A DNA stretch of 64,000 nt from contig CAXXLF010000002.1 in assembly GCA_963664015.2 (NCBI GenBank), forward strand, positions 544,001 through 608,000, read 5' to 3'. The position numbers were made by a program, and so were the translations under genes. Shown here piece by piece: positions 50,362-61,175 of the stretch (position 1 is the first letter of the stretch; every line of letters begins with the position of its first letter). Below the pieces are notes generated by a model, which saw nothing but the letters and a program-made list of their open reading frames with translations, did not search any database and had not been told where the DNA came from. The DNA comes from Candidatus Binatia bacterium (lineage in GTDB: Bacteria; Desulfobacterota; Binatia; UBA9968; CAXXLF01).

Positions 50362-51399
50362 TTACAGGATTAGCATCGCATCCCCGTAGCTATAAAAGCG
50401 GTAGTCTAGCCGGACCGCTTCCCTATAGGCCTCGCGCATAAGATCCAGTCCGGCAAAGGCGGCCACCATCAGCAATGGGGTCGAGGCTGGCAAATGAAAA
50501 TTGGTTATCAATCCATCGATGACGCGAAAAGGGAATTCCGGCCGGATAAACAACCGGGTCACTCCGTGACCGGCCTCCACCCTGCCCATGCGTTGGGCTA
50601 TCCCTTCTAATGTACGGGTGGTTGTCGACCCGACTGCGATGACCCTCCGTCCGGTACTCTTGACCCGTTGAATCCCAGCCGCCGCGTCCTGGCTGAGCGT
50701 ATACCGTTCTCCTTCCATACGATGGTCCTCGACCGACTGGGCGCGCAGCGGTTGAAAGGTACCGGGACCCACGTGCAGAGTGAGAAACGCGCGCTCAACG
50801 CCCTTGTCTTTCAACTTTTTAAATAACGCCTCGGTAAAGTGGAGCCCGGCGGTAGGTGCCGCAACGGACCCCGGACTCGACGCATAAACGGTCTGGTAGC
50901 GTTCCCAATCGGTGTGCTCTAGCTTCCGTGTGCGATGGATGTAAGGGGGGAGCGGCGGCTCACCCACTCGGGAGAGGACTTCCATGAAGTCTCCCGGGCA
51001 AAGGAACCGAAGCCCGTAACGCCCACGCCCCAGGACCCCGACCACCTGTGCGGAAAGTGAGTCGGAAAAATAGAGCCGACTCCCCAGAGGAGGCCTCTTG
51101 GCCACGTCGATGAGCGCAATCCAAAAATGGCTGTCTTCGGGAAAAGACTCAAGCAGGAGGACCTCGACTTCACCTCCCGTCTCCTTTCGCCCCAGTAACC
51201 TCACGGGCAAAACTCGAGAGTCATTGAGAACCAGCAGGTCGCCGGGGAAAAGACAATGATCGATAGAGGAAAATTCCGAGTGGGAGATCTTCCCCGAAGA
51301 ACGTTCCAGGACCATGAGGCGTGAACCGGACCGCTCCCCGGACGGATGTGACGCGATCAACGAGCGGGGGAGCTCATACATCAACTCACTTAGCTCCAT
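50362..51399 (-). CDS. queA: S-adenosylmethionine:tRNA ribosyltransferase-isomerase
   Basis: PLPPYI, YQTVYA, AAPTAGLHF and SYGDAMLI motifs. Confidence 0.98.
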   Translation of the reverse strand: MELSELMYELPRSLIASHPSGERSGSRLMVLERSSGKISHSEFSSIDHCLFPGDLLVLNDSRVLPVRLLGRKETGGEVEVLLLESFPEDSHFWIALIDVAKRPPLGSRLYFSDSLSAQVVGVLGRGRYGLRFLCPGDFMEVLSRVGEPPLPPYIHRTRKLEHTDWERYQTVYASSPGSVAAPTAGLHFTEALFKKLKDKGVERAFLTLHVGPGTFQPLRAQSVEDHRMEGERYTLSQDAAAGIQRVKSTGRRVIAVGSTTTRTLEGIAQRMGRVEAGHGVTRLFIRPEFPFRVIDGLITNFHLPASTPLLMVAAFAGLDLMREAYREAVRLDYRFYSYGDAMLIL

Positions 51400-51531
51400 A
51401 GGTTACTTACCGGAATCCCGCTTGAGCAAGAGATAGGGCTTCGGGAACTCAGGGACCGAGGCTCGGCCCACCGTTGAAACCAAAACAACCGACGAATCAG
51501 GTCAGCCGGAATCCACGAGCCGATGGTATCC

Positions 51532-52332
51532 CTAGGTCTCCGAAGTCTCGGGTTCCGCGAGCGTCGCAGGCGTCGCAGGCGGCGATTCCTTCTTGAGGAA
51601 GGGTGTCAATAGGTCGATCGGGATGGGAAAGATCGTCGTCGAGTTCTTCTCCGAGGCCACTTCCACAAGACTCTGTAGATAACGGAGCTGCAGGGCAATG
51701 GGATGTTCCGCGATCACTTCGGCGGCATCAGCCAACTTCTGCGATGCCTGAAATTCACCATCCGCATGGATGACCTTTGCGCGCCGTTCCCGCTCGGCCT
51801 CCGCCTGTTTGGCCATGGCGCGCTGCATCTCCTGGGGAAGGTCGATGTGTTTCAGTTCCACCAGGACCACCTTGATTCCCCACGGGTCCGTCTGAGCGTC
51901 TAGAATCTCTTGAATACGGCTATTGATCCTTTCCCGCTCGACCAGCAGCTCGTCCAGCTCCCCCTGCCCACAGACGCTTCTGAGCGTCACCTGCGCTAGT
52001 TGGGAAGTGGCGAAGAGAAAATTCTCCACCTCTCGAATGGCCTTGTTGGGTTCGATCACCCTGAAATAGAGGACTGCATTAACCTTCACCGAAACGTTGT
52101 CCCGCGTGATTACGTCCTGGGGCGGGATATCCATGGTAACCGTACGCAGGTCCACGCGCTGCATACGTTCAATAAAGGGAATGACGTAGATGATTCCCGG
52201 GCCGCGCGGGTTAACCATGCGGCCGAGCCTGAAGATCACCCCCCGCTCGTACTCCCTCAGGATCTTGATGCCGCTGAGCAGCAGTAATCCACCGATAATT
52301 AGAAACGTATAAACCGGACCTATTCCCATCAT
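51532..52332 (-). CDS. SPFH/stomatin-like (slipin) protein
   Basis: [21 protein letters not shown] and [11 protein letters not shown] motifs. Confidence 0.95.
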   Translation of the reverse strand: MMGIGPVYTFLIIGGLLLLSGIKILREYERGVIFRLGRMVNPRGPGIIYVIPFIERMQRVDLRTVTMDIPPQDVITRDNVSVKVNAVLYFRVIEPNKAIREVENFLFATSQLAQVTLRSVCGQGELDELLVERERINSRIQEILDAQTDPWGIKVVLVELKHIDLPQEMQRAMAKQAEAERERRAKVIHADGEFQASQKLADAAEVIAEHPIALQLRYLQSLVEVASEKNSTTIFPIPIDLLTPFLKKESPPATPATLAEPETSET

Positions 52333-52360
52333 TATGGTGCCTCCTCTTTGGTTTCCCCGT

Positions 52361-53710
52361 TTACCCTCTGAGCAGTCTCTTCACCTTGAGCATCATTCCA
52401 TCGAAGCTGGCCACCTGGACCTTCTCGCCGACCTCGAACTCCTCGTCGGCCTCTGCGTTCCAGTATTCTCCGTGAACGAATACCTTCCCGGCCGGATTTA
52501 GCCTGACCTTGACTTCGGCGGTCTCGCCCACAAGCCCTTTCATCCCCAGGGTGGGTTTCCTCCGTTGCGACTTCACAACCAGATATCCTACCACGAGCAT
52601 GAAGGCACTCAGGGTACCGACAACGGTAAAAACGATCTTGCGACTCAAAACCAGATCAGAGGTGCTCATGTCGAACAACAACAAGGAGCCTAGTGTGAGC
52701 GCAATTATCCCCCCGATACCTAGAATTCCGAAGCTCGGGAGAAATGCCTCGGCCACAAGCAACGCCATACCCAAAACCATCAAAGCCAGACCGGCGTAGT
52801 TGATGGGCAGGATCTGAAACGAGGTCAAGGCCAGCAGCAGAGCAATACCCCCGGCGACACCAGGGAATATAACGCCCGGATTGGAAAATTCCATGTAGAT
52901 CCCGAGGATACCCGCCATGAGAAGGAGATAGGCAATATTTGGATTGGAAAGAATATTGATGATATTCTGCCTCAGCGCCATCTCGAACCGCTCGATGTGC
53001 ACGCCTTTCAGGTCGATGGGTTTTTTGACCCCGTTTAGGTCCACGATTCGACCGTCGGCCTGCTTCAAAAGGTCCTGGAGATCCGTTGCCACGATGTCGA
53101 CCACGTTCTTTTCCAATGCCTCTTTATTTGTGATAGAAGTGCTGCGACGAACCGCCTGTATGGCGAACTCCGTATTGCGTCCTCGACGCTGGGCAATGGT
53201 CTCACTAAACGAAGCAGTAAAGTTCTCTATCTTTTCACCCATCACGCCTTTGACTTCCTGGCCGCCCCCAGCTACCGGATGGGCCGCGCCAATGTTGGTA
53301 CCTGGAGCCATGGCAGCAATATGGCCGGCTAGTGTGATAAAGACGCCGGCGGAGCCGGCCCCGGCGCCGCTAGGCGACACGTAGACGATCACCGGTACCG
53401 GTGCGCTCATGATCTCTTTGACGATGGAGCGGGTGGAGGAGAGCAGCCCGCCCGGCGTATCGAGCTGGATCACCAGGGCACGGGCACCATCCGCATATGC
53501 CTGTTTGATGTTGTCGCGGATGAAATCATCGACGGCGGGATTGATTCCCCCATCGACAACGATAAGGTTCACCTTGGGAACAACCGGTCTGGCCGGTTGC
53601 CCAATGACCGAATTTCCAGCCAGGGCCAGAGTCGCCAGAAGAAGCAGGATCGCCCTAAACCGCAGGGGAATCGAGCTCTTGCAGAACTTTTTTAATGTCT
53701 TCCCAAACAA
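52361..53710 (-). CDS. nfeD: Long NfeD (ClpP-class membrane serine protease)
   Basis: [21 protein letters not shown] and C-terminal GEYWNA OB domain; start uncertain. Confidence 0.93.
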   Translation of the reverse strand: MFGKTLKKFCKSSIPLRFRAILLLLATLALAGNSVIGQPARPVVPKVNLIVVDGGINPAVDDFIRDNIKQAYADGARALVIQLDTPGGLLSSTRSIVKEIMSAPVPVIVYVSPSGAGAGSAGVFITLAGHIAAMAPGTNIGAAHPVAGGGQEVKGVMGEKIENFTASFSETIAQRRGRNTEFAIQAVRRSTSITNKEALEKNVVDIVATDLQDLLKQADGRIVDLNGVKKPIDLKGVHIERFEMALRQNIINILSNPNIAYLLLMAGILGIYMEFSNPGVIFPGVAGGIALLLALTSFQILPINYAGLALMVLGMALLVAEAFLPSFGILGIGGIIALTLGSLLLFDMSTSDLVLSRKIVFTVVGTLSAFMLVVGYLVVKSQRRKPTLGMKGLVGETAEVKVRLNPAGKVFVHGEYWNAEADEEFEVGEKVQVASFDGMMLKVKRLLRG

Positions 53711-54425
53711 GCTTCTTGTCTCCAGGATTGCGCAGCAAGTATGCCGGATGAAGGGTAGGCATGAACCGGATACCGTGATAGTCGTGCCACCCCCCGCGCA
53801 ACTTCATAATAGGAACCTTGGACTTCAACAGCGTTTGAACGGCAAATTTTCCTAAACCGATCAACACCCGGGGCTTGATCAATTCGATCTGCCGCACCAG
53901 AAACGGTTCACAGGACTCGATCTCATCGGACTCGGGATTGCGATTCTCGGGCGGACGGCATTTGATGACGTTGGCTATATAGACGTCCTCCCTTTTCATC
54001 CCCATTCCCTTGGTGATGATATCGGTCAGGAGCTGCCCGGCCCGTCCAACGAACGGCTCACCCTTCAAATCCTCGTCCCTTCCTGGCCCTTCGCCAACAA
54101 ACATGACCTTGGCTTTTGGGTTTCCCACGCCAAAGACCAGATGGGTGCGGCCCGATGACAGTTTGCATCGCTGGCAGTCTCCGATGGCCGCCCTGAGCTG
54201 GTCCAGGGACTGGCTCTTATAGGTCGAGGCATAGTCGGAATTTCGATTCCCTTCAAGCGATTGGGAGGCAACCTGACGGTTTATATCCTCATCCTTTTTA
54301 TTAACGTTGAAATCACTCCGCGGTAGATCTCCTATTCCGGCCTGCTCTCGCCACTGAAGATGAGAATGCAGTGAGGCCGTAATTCGGCGTAATTCCTCAC
54401 GTTCATCCAACGGTTCACTCCTCAA
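53655..54425 (-). CDS. Uracil-DNA glycosylase family 4
   Basis: [21 protein letters not shown] and HPAYLLR motifs; start may be TTG near 54410. Confidence 0.95.
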   Translation of the reverse strand: MRSEPLDEREELRRITASLHSHLQWREQAGIGDLPRSDFNVNKKDEDINRQVASQSLEGNRNSDYASTYKSQSLDQLRAAIGDCQRCKLSSGRTHLVFGVGNPKAKVMFVGEGPGRDEDLKGEPFVGRAGQLLTDIITKGMGMKREDVYIANVIKCRPPENRNPESDEIESCEPFLVRQIELIKPRVLIGLGKFAVQTLLKSKVPIMKLRGGWHDYHGIRFMPTLHPAYLLRNPGDKKLVWEDIKKVLQELDSPAV

Positions 54426-54755
54426 ACTCCCGAGACGATGATCTTAGCACCATTTCCGAGTGCGGTACAATGCCCGATTTTCCTTTTCTCTTTTAACTGG
54501 CTCAGCAACTGTTTAGATAGACCGACCCCCACCTGAACGATAAAATCCAAAGTTCCGGGACACGCGTAGTCAGGGTAAGCCTTGGGATACGCCTTGTAAG
54601 GGTCGCCTCGCCAGAGATACTGGCTGGAAAAATTCGTGCGAGCAAAGCAAACGCACAAAGAGTTTGACCGGGTCGGGCTCGCGCGTAGTACCCAAAGACA
54701 AGGGTGAAACGGAGGGTTGCCGGAAGTGAACCGCGACAACCAAGTCGACGGTGTA

Positions 54756-56000
54756 TTAACGCCTGTGCAGCAAGGGCGCTTTTCTTGGCCGATCCTTGGC
54801 CTTCAGCGCCAGGTAGCAATCGTAGATCCGGTTTGCCATCTCCTCTTTCGGCATCAAAGGAAGAGCATGGGTCGACCCGTCGCGCTCCAAGATGGTGGCC
54901 GCGTTGGTGTCCGTATCAAAGCCGCTGCCCTCTTCGGTGACGTTGTTGGCCACGATCATTTCCAGATTCTTTTCCCGAAGCTTCTTTTTTGCATTAACAA
55001 CCAGGGCCTCGGTCTCGGCGGCAAACCCGATCAGGGTTTGGGCCCGTTTCGTCTGGCCCAATTCTTTCAGGATGTCAGGGTTGGGTTCCAGGGTGAGCTC
55101 CATAGTGCCGTCGCCCCGTTTGAGCTTGCTAGCGCTGACCTTGCGGGGGCGATAATCGGTAACCGCCGCCGCCATGAGAACCGCCGTGCTGTGGGGGAAC
55201 TCCTTGAGAACCGCATCGCGCATTTCGGCGGCCGTAGTCACCGGGACAAAGCGCACCCCAGCAGGAGGTGTGAGAGCAGAGGGACCACTGACCAGGGTCA
55301 CCTCGGCGCCACGCCTGGCACCGACTCGGGCCAAAGCATACCCCATCTTCCCCGATGAGCGGTTCGAGAGATAGCGTACCGGATCCACCGGTTCCCTACT
55401 GGGACCGGCCGTTACCAGAAGCCTCTCACCCGTTAGATCCTTACTCCGCAACAGCACCTGAACCTCAGTCATGATCGATTGGGGCTCCGGAAGGCGACCT
55501 TTACCCTCATAGCCGCATGCCAGGTAACCCACCGACGAGTCCATTACCTCATGTCCCAGCCTTTGCAATTTACGGATGTTTTCCTGGAGGACCGGGTTCT
55601 CGAACATATGGACGTTCATGGAGGGTACGATCAAAATTGGCGCCTGGGTAGCCAGGACCACCGTCGTCAACAGATCGTCCGCGATACCGCCGGCCATCTT
55701 GCCTATGATGTTGGCCGTGGCCGGTGCAATCACAAGTAAATCGCCCTTGTCGGCCAGGTTGATGTGACCGATCTGGGACTCCTGGGTTAGATCGAAGAGT
55801 TCGGTTGCCACCGGGTGGCCGGAAAGGGTCTGAAAGGTCAAGGGGGTTACAAACTGCTGGGCATCCCGGGTCATGATCACGTACACCGAGTAGCCGCCCT
55901 GAACGAGAAGCCGGACTAGCTCTACTGCCTTATAGCAAGCGATACCGCCGCACACTCCAAGTACGACCGTTCGAGCCTCATTTGGTTCCTGTACCACCAT
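54756..56000 (-). CDS. coaBC: Bifunctional phosphopantothenoylcysteine decarboxylase/ligase
   Basis: GGIACYK, APATAN, DPVRYLSNRSSGKMG and GFAAET motifs; start ATG 56000. Confidence 0.97.
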   Translation of the reverse strand: MVVQEPNEARTVVLGVCGGIACYKAVELVRLLVQGGYSVYVIMTRDAQQFVTPLTFQTLSGHPVATELFDLTQESQIGHINLADKGDLLVIAPATANIIGKMAGGIADDLLTTVVLATQAPILIVPSMNVHMFENPVLQENIRKLQRLGHEVMDSSVGYLACGYEGKGRLPEPQSIMTEVQVLLRSKDLTGERLLVTAGPSREPVDPVRYLSNRSSGKMGYALARVGARRGAEVTLVSGPSALTPPAGVRFVPVTTAAEMRDAVLKEFPHSTAVLMAAAVTDYRPRKVSASKLKRGDGTMELTLEPNPDILKELGQTKRAQTLIGFAAETEALVVNAKKKLREKNLEMIVANNVTEEGSGFDTDTNAATILERDGSTHALPLMPKEEMANRIYDCYLALKAKDRPRKAPLLHRR

Positions 56001-56112
56001 TTCAAAATAACCAATCCCCTGTGGTTTTGCAATATTGGAGCCCAAGTAGCCCTCAAAGCAGAAGGCAAATATTGCTTGACGGATTTGGAGCCATGTTGGA
56101 TGATTATAGAAT

Positions 56113-56910
56113 ATGGTTACAACAAAATATTTACGTACTTTCGTCGTTGTATCAACCATCGTGCTGGCTTTCTATGTATGGGGTGCCGGGACGCCGTTGG
56201 CCATCGCTCAATCGGATGGATCGAGCAGCGCCCAACCCTCTGAAGACCCCGGCATCAAGCCGGACTCGACGGAAGAGCAAGGATACGTGCCTCCCGAAGA
56301 GGACCCCTGGGAAAGCTTTAACGAAACGATGTTCAACTTCAACCAGAAAATTGACCGTTACTTTCTGAAACCCGTTGCCATGGGCTACGATTTCGTGCTA
56401 CCCCGTCCGGTTCAAACCGGCATCAGGAATGCCATCAACAACATTGATGTCATCCGACGCCTGGTCAACAATCTCCTGCAGGCAAAATTCACTAGCGCAG
56501 GGACCGAGCTGGCCCGCTTTACCATCAATTCGACCATTGGGGTTGCCGGGCTCGTGGACGTGGCCAAGCTGGGATTCGGTATTGAGCAGGCCGACGAGGA
56601 TACAGGACAGACCTTCGGTGTGTGGGGCATGGGATCCGGTCCATATCTGGTTCTCCCCTTCCTGCCGGTAACGACCGTACGCGACGGTGTCGGAACAATG
56701 TTCGACAAGGCTCTGAATCCGCTGCTCTACGTCTCACTCTTCGTTGATGGGACCGAATGGGTCTCCACGGAGGTCTTCACCCTGAATACGGTCAACAACC
56801 GATCTCTCAACCTGGAGCCCTTCGAACAGATCGAGGAAACGGTCATCGACCTCTATGGTGCTGTGCGTAACGGTTACCTGCAAAGCCGCGAAGCCGCCAT
56901 CAAGGAATGA
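56113..56910 (+). CDS. mlaA: MlaA/VacJ family protein
   Basis: DPWESFN, RFTINSTIG, EDTGQT and GPYLVLPF motifs. Confidence 0.92.
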   Translation: MVTTKYLRTFVVVSTIVLAFYVWGAGTPLAIAQSDGSSSAQPSEDPGIKPDSTEEQGYVPPEEDPWESFNETMFNFNQKIDRYFLKPVAMGYDFVLPRPVQTGIRNAINNIDVIRRLVNNLLQAKFTSAGTELARFTINSTIGVAGLVDVAKLGFGIEQADEDTGQTFGVWGMGSGPYLVLPFLPVTTVRDGVGTMFDKALNPLLYVSLFVDGTEWVSTEVFTLNTVNNRSLNLEPFEQIEETVIDLYGAVRNGYLQSREAAIKE

Positions 56911-56952
56911 TGCCTCCACGGGGTTACACCCAAGGCGGATGACGCTTGACTC

Positions 56953-56985
56953 AAAAGGGACTCGCTGTAGCGAGTCCCTTTTTTT
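56953..56985 (+). terminator. Intrinsic terminator after mlaA
   Basis: AAAAGGGACTCGC-TGTA-GCGAGTCCC-T7. Confidence 0.9.
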
Positions 56986-57209
56986 AACCCCTGAACCATA
57001 AAACATCCCTTCGCCATAGAACTGCACTACCCTCCTATCCCCCGCGAATTTTGCCGAAGCACCTTCATTGTCCACTCCGCCAATACCACCCCAGCAGCTG
57101 CGAAGAGAGAAACAATAATTGCTTTCCTCATTGGATTGATCTATCAATAGCAAAAATTCATCCCCTCTTCGTACCGGCTTCCGGCCGGCCAAAAGATTAC
57201 GGACGTCAT

Positions 57210-58319
57210 ATGGCAGATAAAAGCAGCTTTTTATCCGGTAAACGGATCGACCCCCAACCCATTGGATCAACCACCTCCATTACCGAACTGATCGATCAGA
57301 ACTTAATTTCTTACAATGGGGGTCGGCTGCGCGAGGCCTGCCAGTTATTCAATGACAAGATTCTCGACGACGACGTCACCGTTGGCCTGAGCCTAAGCGG
57401 CGCCCTGACCCCCGCCGGTCTGGGCATTTCCGCCCTCATCCCATTGATCGAGAACGGCTTCATCGATTGGATAGTGAGTACGGGAGCCAACCTCTATCAC
57501 GATTCCCACTTTGCTATGGATCTCCCGCTGCACCGTGGCCGGTTTGACGCCAACGATGTAACCCTTAGGGAAGAAGGCATCGTCAGGATTTACGACATCT
57601 TTTTCGACTACGACATCCTGATATCCACCGACGACTTTTTTCGTACAATCGTAGCCGCTCCCGAATTTCAAAAAGAGATGAGTAGCTCGGAGTTTCACTT
57701 TCTCGTGGGCAAATACTTGGCCGAGCGGGAGGGAATCCTGGGGACGGAAAAGAAATCCCTTTTGGCAACCGCCTACCGCTGCGGTCTGCCAATCTACACT
57801 TCGTCGCCAGGGGACAGCTCCATCGGCATGAATGTGGCGGCCCTTGCCTTGAAGGGAAACCAGATGAAGTTTGACGTCTCAAGAGACGTCAACGAATCGG
57901 CCGCTATCGTCCTCGAGGCCAAGCGAACCGGCGGCAGGAGTGCAGCGATCATACTCGGGGGCGGTTCCCCGAAAAACTTCCTCTTGCAAACCGAACCCCA
58001 TATCCAAGAGGTCCTCGGGTTGGAAGAAAAGGGTTACGACTTCTTTATTCAACTCACCGACGCCAGGGCGGACACCGGGGGGCTCTCGGGGGCAACGCCC
58101 GGCGAAGCCGTAAGCTGGGGAAAAGTTGACCCCAACCAGCTGCCCGATTCGGTGGTTTGCTATGTCGACTCCACCATCGGCTTGCCCCTTCTCACCGCCT
58201 ATGTTCTTGCCAACCACCCGCCGCGCACGCCCAGGAGGCTTTTCGAAAAACGCGACACGCTAATGAAAAACATCGAAGAAGAGATCAAGGAAAAATTCGG
58301 TAAAATCAGCTTGAAGTAA
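57210..58319 (+). CDS. Deoxyhypusine-synthase-like protein (likely SpeY-type homospermidine synthase)
   Basis: [21 protein letters not shown] and [15 protein letters not shown] with catalytic Lys. Confidence 0.9.
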   Translation: MADKSSFLSGKRIDPQPIGSTTSITELIDQNLISYNGGRLREACQLFNDKILDDDVTVGLSLSGALTPAGLGISALIPLIENGFIDWIVSTGANLYHDSHFAMDLPLHRGRFDANDVTLREEGIVRIYDIFFDYDILISTDDFFRTIVAAPEFQKEMSSSEFHFLVGKYLAEREGILGTEKKSLLATAYRCGLPIYTSSPGDSSIGMNVAALALKGNQMKFDVSRDVNESAAIVLEAKRTGGRSAAIILGGGSPKNFLLQTEPHIQEVLGLEEKGYDFFIQLTDARADTGGLSGATPGEAVSWGKVDPNQLPDSVVCYVDSTIGLPLLTAYVLANHPPRTPRRLFEKRDTLMKNIEEEIKEKFGKISLK

Positions 58320-58348
58320 ACACGCCCCCGCTCCCCATTGCTGTACCG

Positions 58349-59395
58349 TCATTTCTGTCCAGCAACCATGGCCACGATTCTCTGGTAATCCTTCAGCGTG
58401 TTGATGTTGGCAAACTCTCGTTCAATCACAAACTGCGGCGGGACCTGCACGAACCGGACCGGGCCCTGGCCGAGCAGGGAGTGGAGGGCTAACCGCCCCG
58501 AATGGACCGCATCTTTCATTCTCGGTACAAGTCTTTTGGCGTAGATCCCAAGGAGTGGCTCCATGCCTCCGGGGTGGCATGGGATCACCGCATCCGAAGT
58601 ACTATCGTATTGATTGAGTAACCATTCGATCAGGGCTTCCGTGACCAGCGGCATATCGCAGGCGGTGACGAGAACGTCGCCGGGAAGATGCATAAGCGCC
58701 GTAAGGATTCCTCCCAGTGGACCGAGCCCGTCGCGGTCGTCCACAAGAGAATCGACCTCATCCGGTAAGGGTCCTCCCTGCCCGCGCGCTCGTACCAGCG
58801 CCAATCGCTGAAAAGGAAAGGGGCGCAGTTTATCGACCAGGGCGTCCACAACCCTCCTGCCGGCCAACTCCATGTCGGCCTTGTCCTGACCAAAGCGGGT
58901 ACTCTTGCCGCCGGCAAGGACAACGGCGCTAAGACGACTCGCCACTTCCCGACGGAACTCTCGTAGTGCTTCATAAAACGTTTCCGGCTCATTTTTAGAA
59001 ACCGCGAACTTTACGAGGGCATAGCGTTGGCAAGGGCTCCATTGGGCCCATTCGGTGGGGGCCACGGGCAGCTCTCCAACTACACTCCTGTCCAGCACCA
59101 CTGGAGGAATTTTATTCGGATCCTCCCACGCGGTATCCACCGGCGGAGAAATTCGCGTCGATTCGATCCCCGTACGGGTTTTCATCAGGGAAGCTACGGC
59201 GGCGACAAAGCGAGCTCTCTCTTGTTCCGGCTCCACCGGCGCCTCACAAAGAAGTCGGCGCTCCTCAAGGCTAAAGGCCAACCAATCTTTAAGCGAGAGC
59301 TTGATTCCCGTCACGTCGAGCTTCATACGCAGGTGAATGGGTAGACGGCTCATCTCCCGGTAGATCTCGGACTCGAAACGAAAACGGCAGAACAT
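58349..59395 (-). CDS. mobA: Fusion of nitrate-reductase-associated (NarM-like) domain and MobA Moco guanylyltransferase
   Basis: N-half: FRFE..., RMKLDVTGIKL, EER, W...QRYALVK. C-half: LAGGKSTRFGQDKA, GPLGG, ACDMP, EPL, NINT. Confidence 0.85.
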   Translation of the reverse strand: MFCRFRFESEIYREMSRLPIHLRMKLDVTGIKLSLKDWLAFSLEERRLLCEAPVEPEQERARFVAAVASLMKTRTGIESTRISPPVDTAWEDPNKIPPVVLDRSVVGELPVAPTEWAQWSPCQRYALVKFAVSKNEPETFYEALREFRREVASRLSAVVLAGGKSTRFGQDKADMELAGRRVVDALVDKLRPFPFQRLALVRARGQGGPLPDEVDSLVDDRDGLGPLGGILTALMHLPGDVLVTACDMPLVTEALIEWLLNQYDSTSDAVIPCHPGGMEPLLGIYAKRLVPRMKDAVHSGRLALHSLLGQGPVRFVQVPPQFVIEREFANINTLKDYQRIVAMVAGQK

Positions 59396-60624
59396 CAGCG
59401 TTCCGGTAACCGACTGCTGCTCTTATTCACTTGCCATGCGCTGGCGACGGAGCAGACAAAACAAAATATCGCGATCAGAAAGGCGATAACATAGCTCCCT
59501 GTAACATCGAAGATGAGGCCACCCAGCCAGGCCCCAACGCCGCCACCGATACCGATGCTGAGAGTAAAGTAGCCGTAGATGGCGCCGAAGCTCCGGCCTA
59601 AAAAGAGATTGGCCGAAATAGCGGAAAGGACCAGGGCGCGGGAACCCTGTCCCAGCCCGTACATGAGGGCAAAGGCATAGAGCAAAATCGGCTCCGAGGT
59701 GTCGTGCACCAATAGCAACGCGACTATTCCCACCGAAGAGATCACCTGCACGATGGTAAAGACGCTTTCCCCCTTCATGCGGTCCGACATATGACCGAAT
59801 AGTACGCGACCAAAGACACTGATCACCCCCATAAGACCGAAAATGGTGGCGGCAAAAAGTTTTGAATACCCGACATCGACCGCGTGGGCAATTTGGTGAG
59901 TGAGAATGATCTGGTTTCCCATGCTCGCCAGAATCCGCGAACCAAATAGCACCCAGAAGCTGTAGCTCTTGAGGGCCTGGGCTACCGTCCACTCGGATTG
60001 TTTCGCCGCGTCATCGGCATCGCCGGGTTCTTTTTCTGAAGTCGGCGCAAGTAAAAACTGGGCAGGCAATATGACGACAAGCACCGTAATAATCGCCAGG
60101 CCCACGTAGGCTGCTGGCCATCCCCAGTTGTTGATCATCAACTGGGAAAGTGGCACTACCAGCAGTATTCCGAGCCCTCCTCCCGCATAGGCGAGGCCCA
60201 GCATGAGACCGCGGTTATGGGTAAACTCGCGGGAGAGGCTGGCCACATGGGGCACAAGCCCGATAAGGCCGATGCCCAACGCTGTCACCAATCCTACCCA
60301 CAGGTAAAGTTCCCAGAGAGTGGAGATAGTGGCGCTCATGCCAAGACCGAAGACGAGGACGGCTCCGCCAAGGAGAAGTGTACGGCGGGAACCAAGACGG
60401 TCGGTCAGAGAACCGACCATGGGCAGTGTCAGAGCCTCAAAGGCTACCGATACGGAAATGGCACCGGCGGTCGCCGCACGGGACCAACCGAACGCATCGA
60501 GCAGGGCAACATAGAAGACCCCGAAGACGGTGCGGACTCCCCGGGATACGCCTAAATGCAGGAAGGCGACTCCAACCATAGCTAGTCGTCGGAGTCGTTT
60601 CGACGAGGCTTCGTCTTGATTCAC
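59395..60624 (-). CDS. MFS transporter (monocarboxylate/oxalate-formate-like)
   Basis: About 12 TM segments; FGWSRA, GSLTDRLGSR and GHMSDR motifs; TGATG coupling to the downstream gene. Confidence 0.9.
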   Translation of the reverse strand: MNQDEASSKRLRRLAMVGVAFLHLGVSRGVRTVFGVFYVALLDAFGWSRAATAGAISVSVAFEALTLPMVGSLTDRLGSRRTLLLGGAVLVFGLGMSATISTLWELYLWVGLVTALGIGLIGLVPHVASLSREFTHNRGLMLGLAYAGGGLGILLVVPLSQLMINNWGWPAAYVGLAIITVLVVILPAQFLLAPTSEKEPGDADDAAKQSEWTVAQALKSYSFWVLFGSRILASMGNQIILTHQIAHAVDVGYSKLFAATIFGLMGVISVFGRVLFGHMSDRMKGESVFTIVQVISSVGIVALLLVHDTSEPILLYAFALMYGLGQGSRALVLSAISANLFLGRSFGAIYGYFTLSIGIGGGVGAWLGGLIFDVTGSYVIAFLIAIFCFVCSVASAWQVNKSSSRLPER

Positions 60625-60797
60625 CGGTCGTAGTTTTCCTTTAGCCTGTAAAATTGATCAATCCAGCCGGAGAGCTTCGTCATCTCATCGATAAGGTCAG
60701 TCAAACTTTGTTGTTGAGATCGTCCGTCGGTCATGATTATTCACTTACCTCGGAGAGTGCCAAACCATAGCCCGTCTAGACGAAATTTTCTAAACCT

Positions 60798-61139
60798 TTG
60801 GACTTATTTTGCACGGCTATTCATATCTTCCCGAAGCTTCCCGAGGGAGAGACCGCCATCTGCGTCGTCAGGCTGGGAATGAGCCGCCGTCACAGGGCAA
60901 GTCGAGGGTTTGTGATCGTCCAGGCGAGTGTATTCGGTGTTCTCTTTCTTGTACCCCTGATCGGCCTCCCCATCAGTACACGGATTGGAGCCATCGCTAT
61001 CGTGCCAGCGGCCTCTGCCGCTTACCATGTTTGGCTCGATCAGGAGAACACACCGCAGATCATACCTGCCCAGGGCCAGACCCTGCTGGCCTTCCTCCTC
61101 TACGCCTTCGGCGTCGGAATCGGTCAGCCCAAAGCCTGA
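60798..61139 (+). pseudogene. Probable C-terminal remnant of a UbiA/MenA-type prenyltransferase
   Basis: VVRLG followed by TM helices and IIPAQ..TLLAFLLY; no convincing start. Confidence 0.45.
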
Positions 61140-61175
61140 GACGAAGAAAGGGCACCTCTGCCTATCTCCCCCCCC

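Noticed and set aside
54422-54819. 105-aa minus-strand ORFs between coaBC and UDG
   Set aside because: Non-ATG starts, no motifs, and they overlap palindromic sequence; likely spurious.
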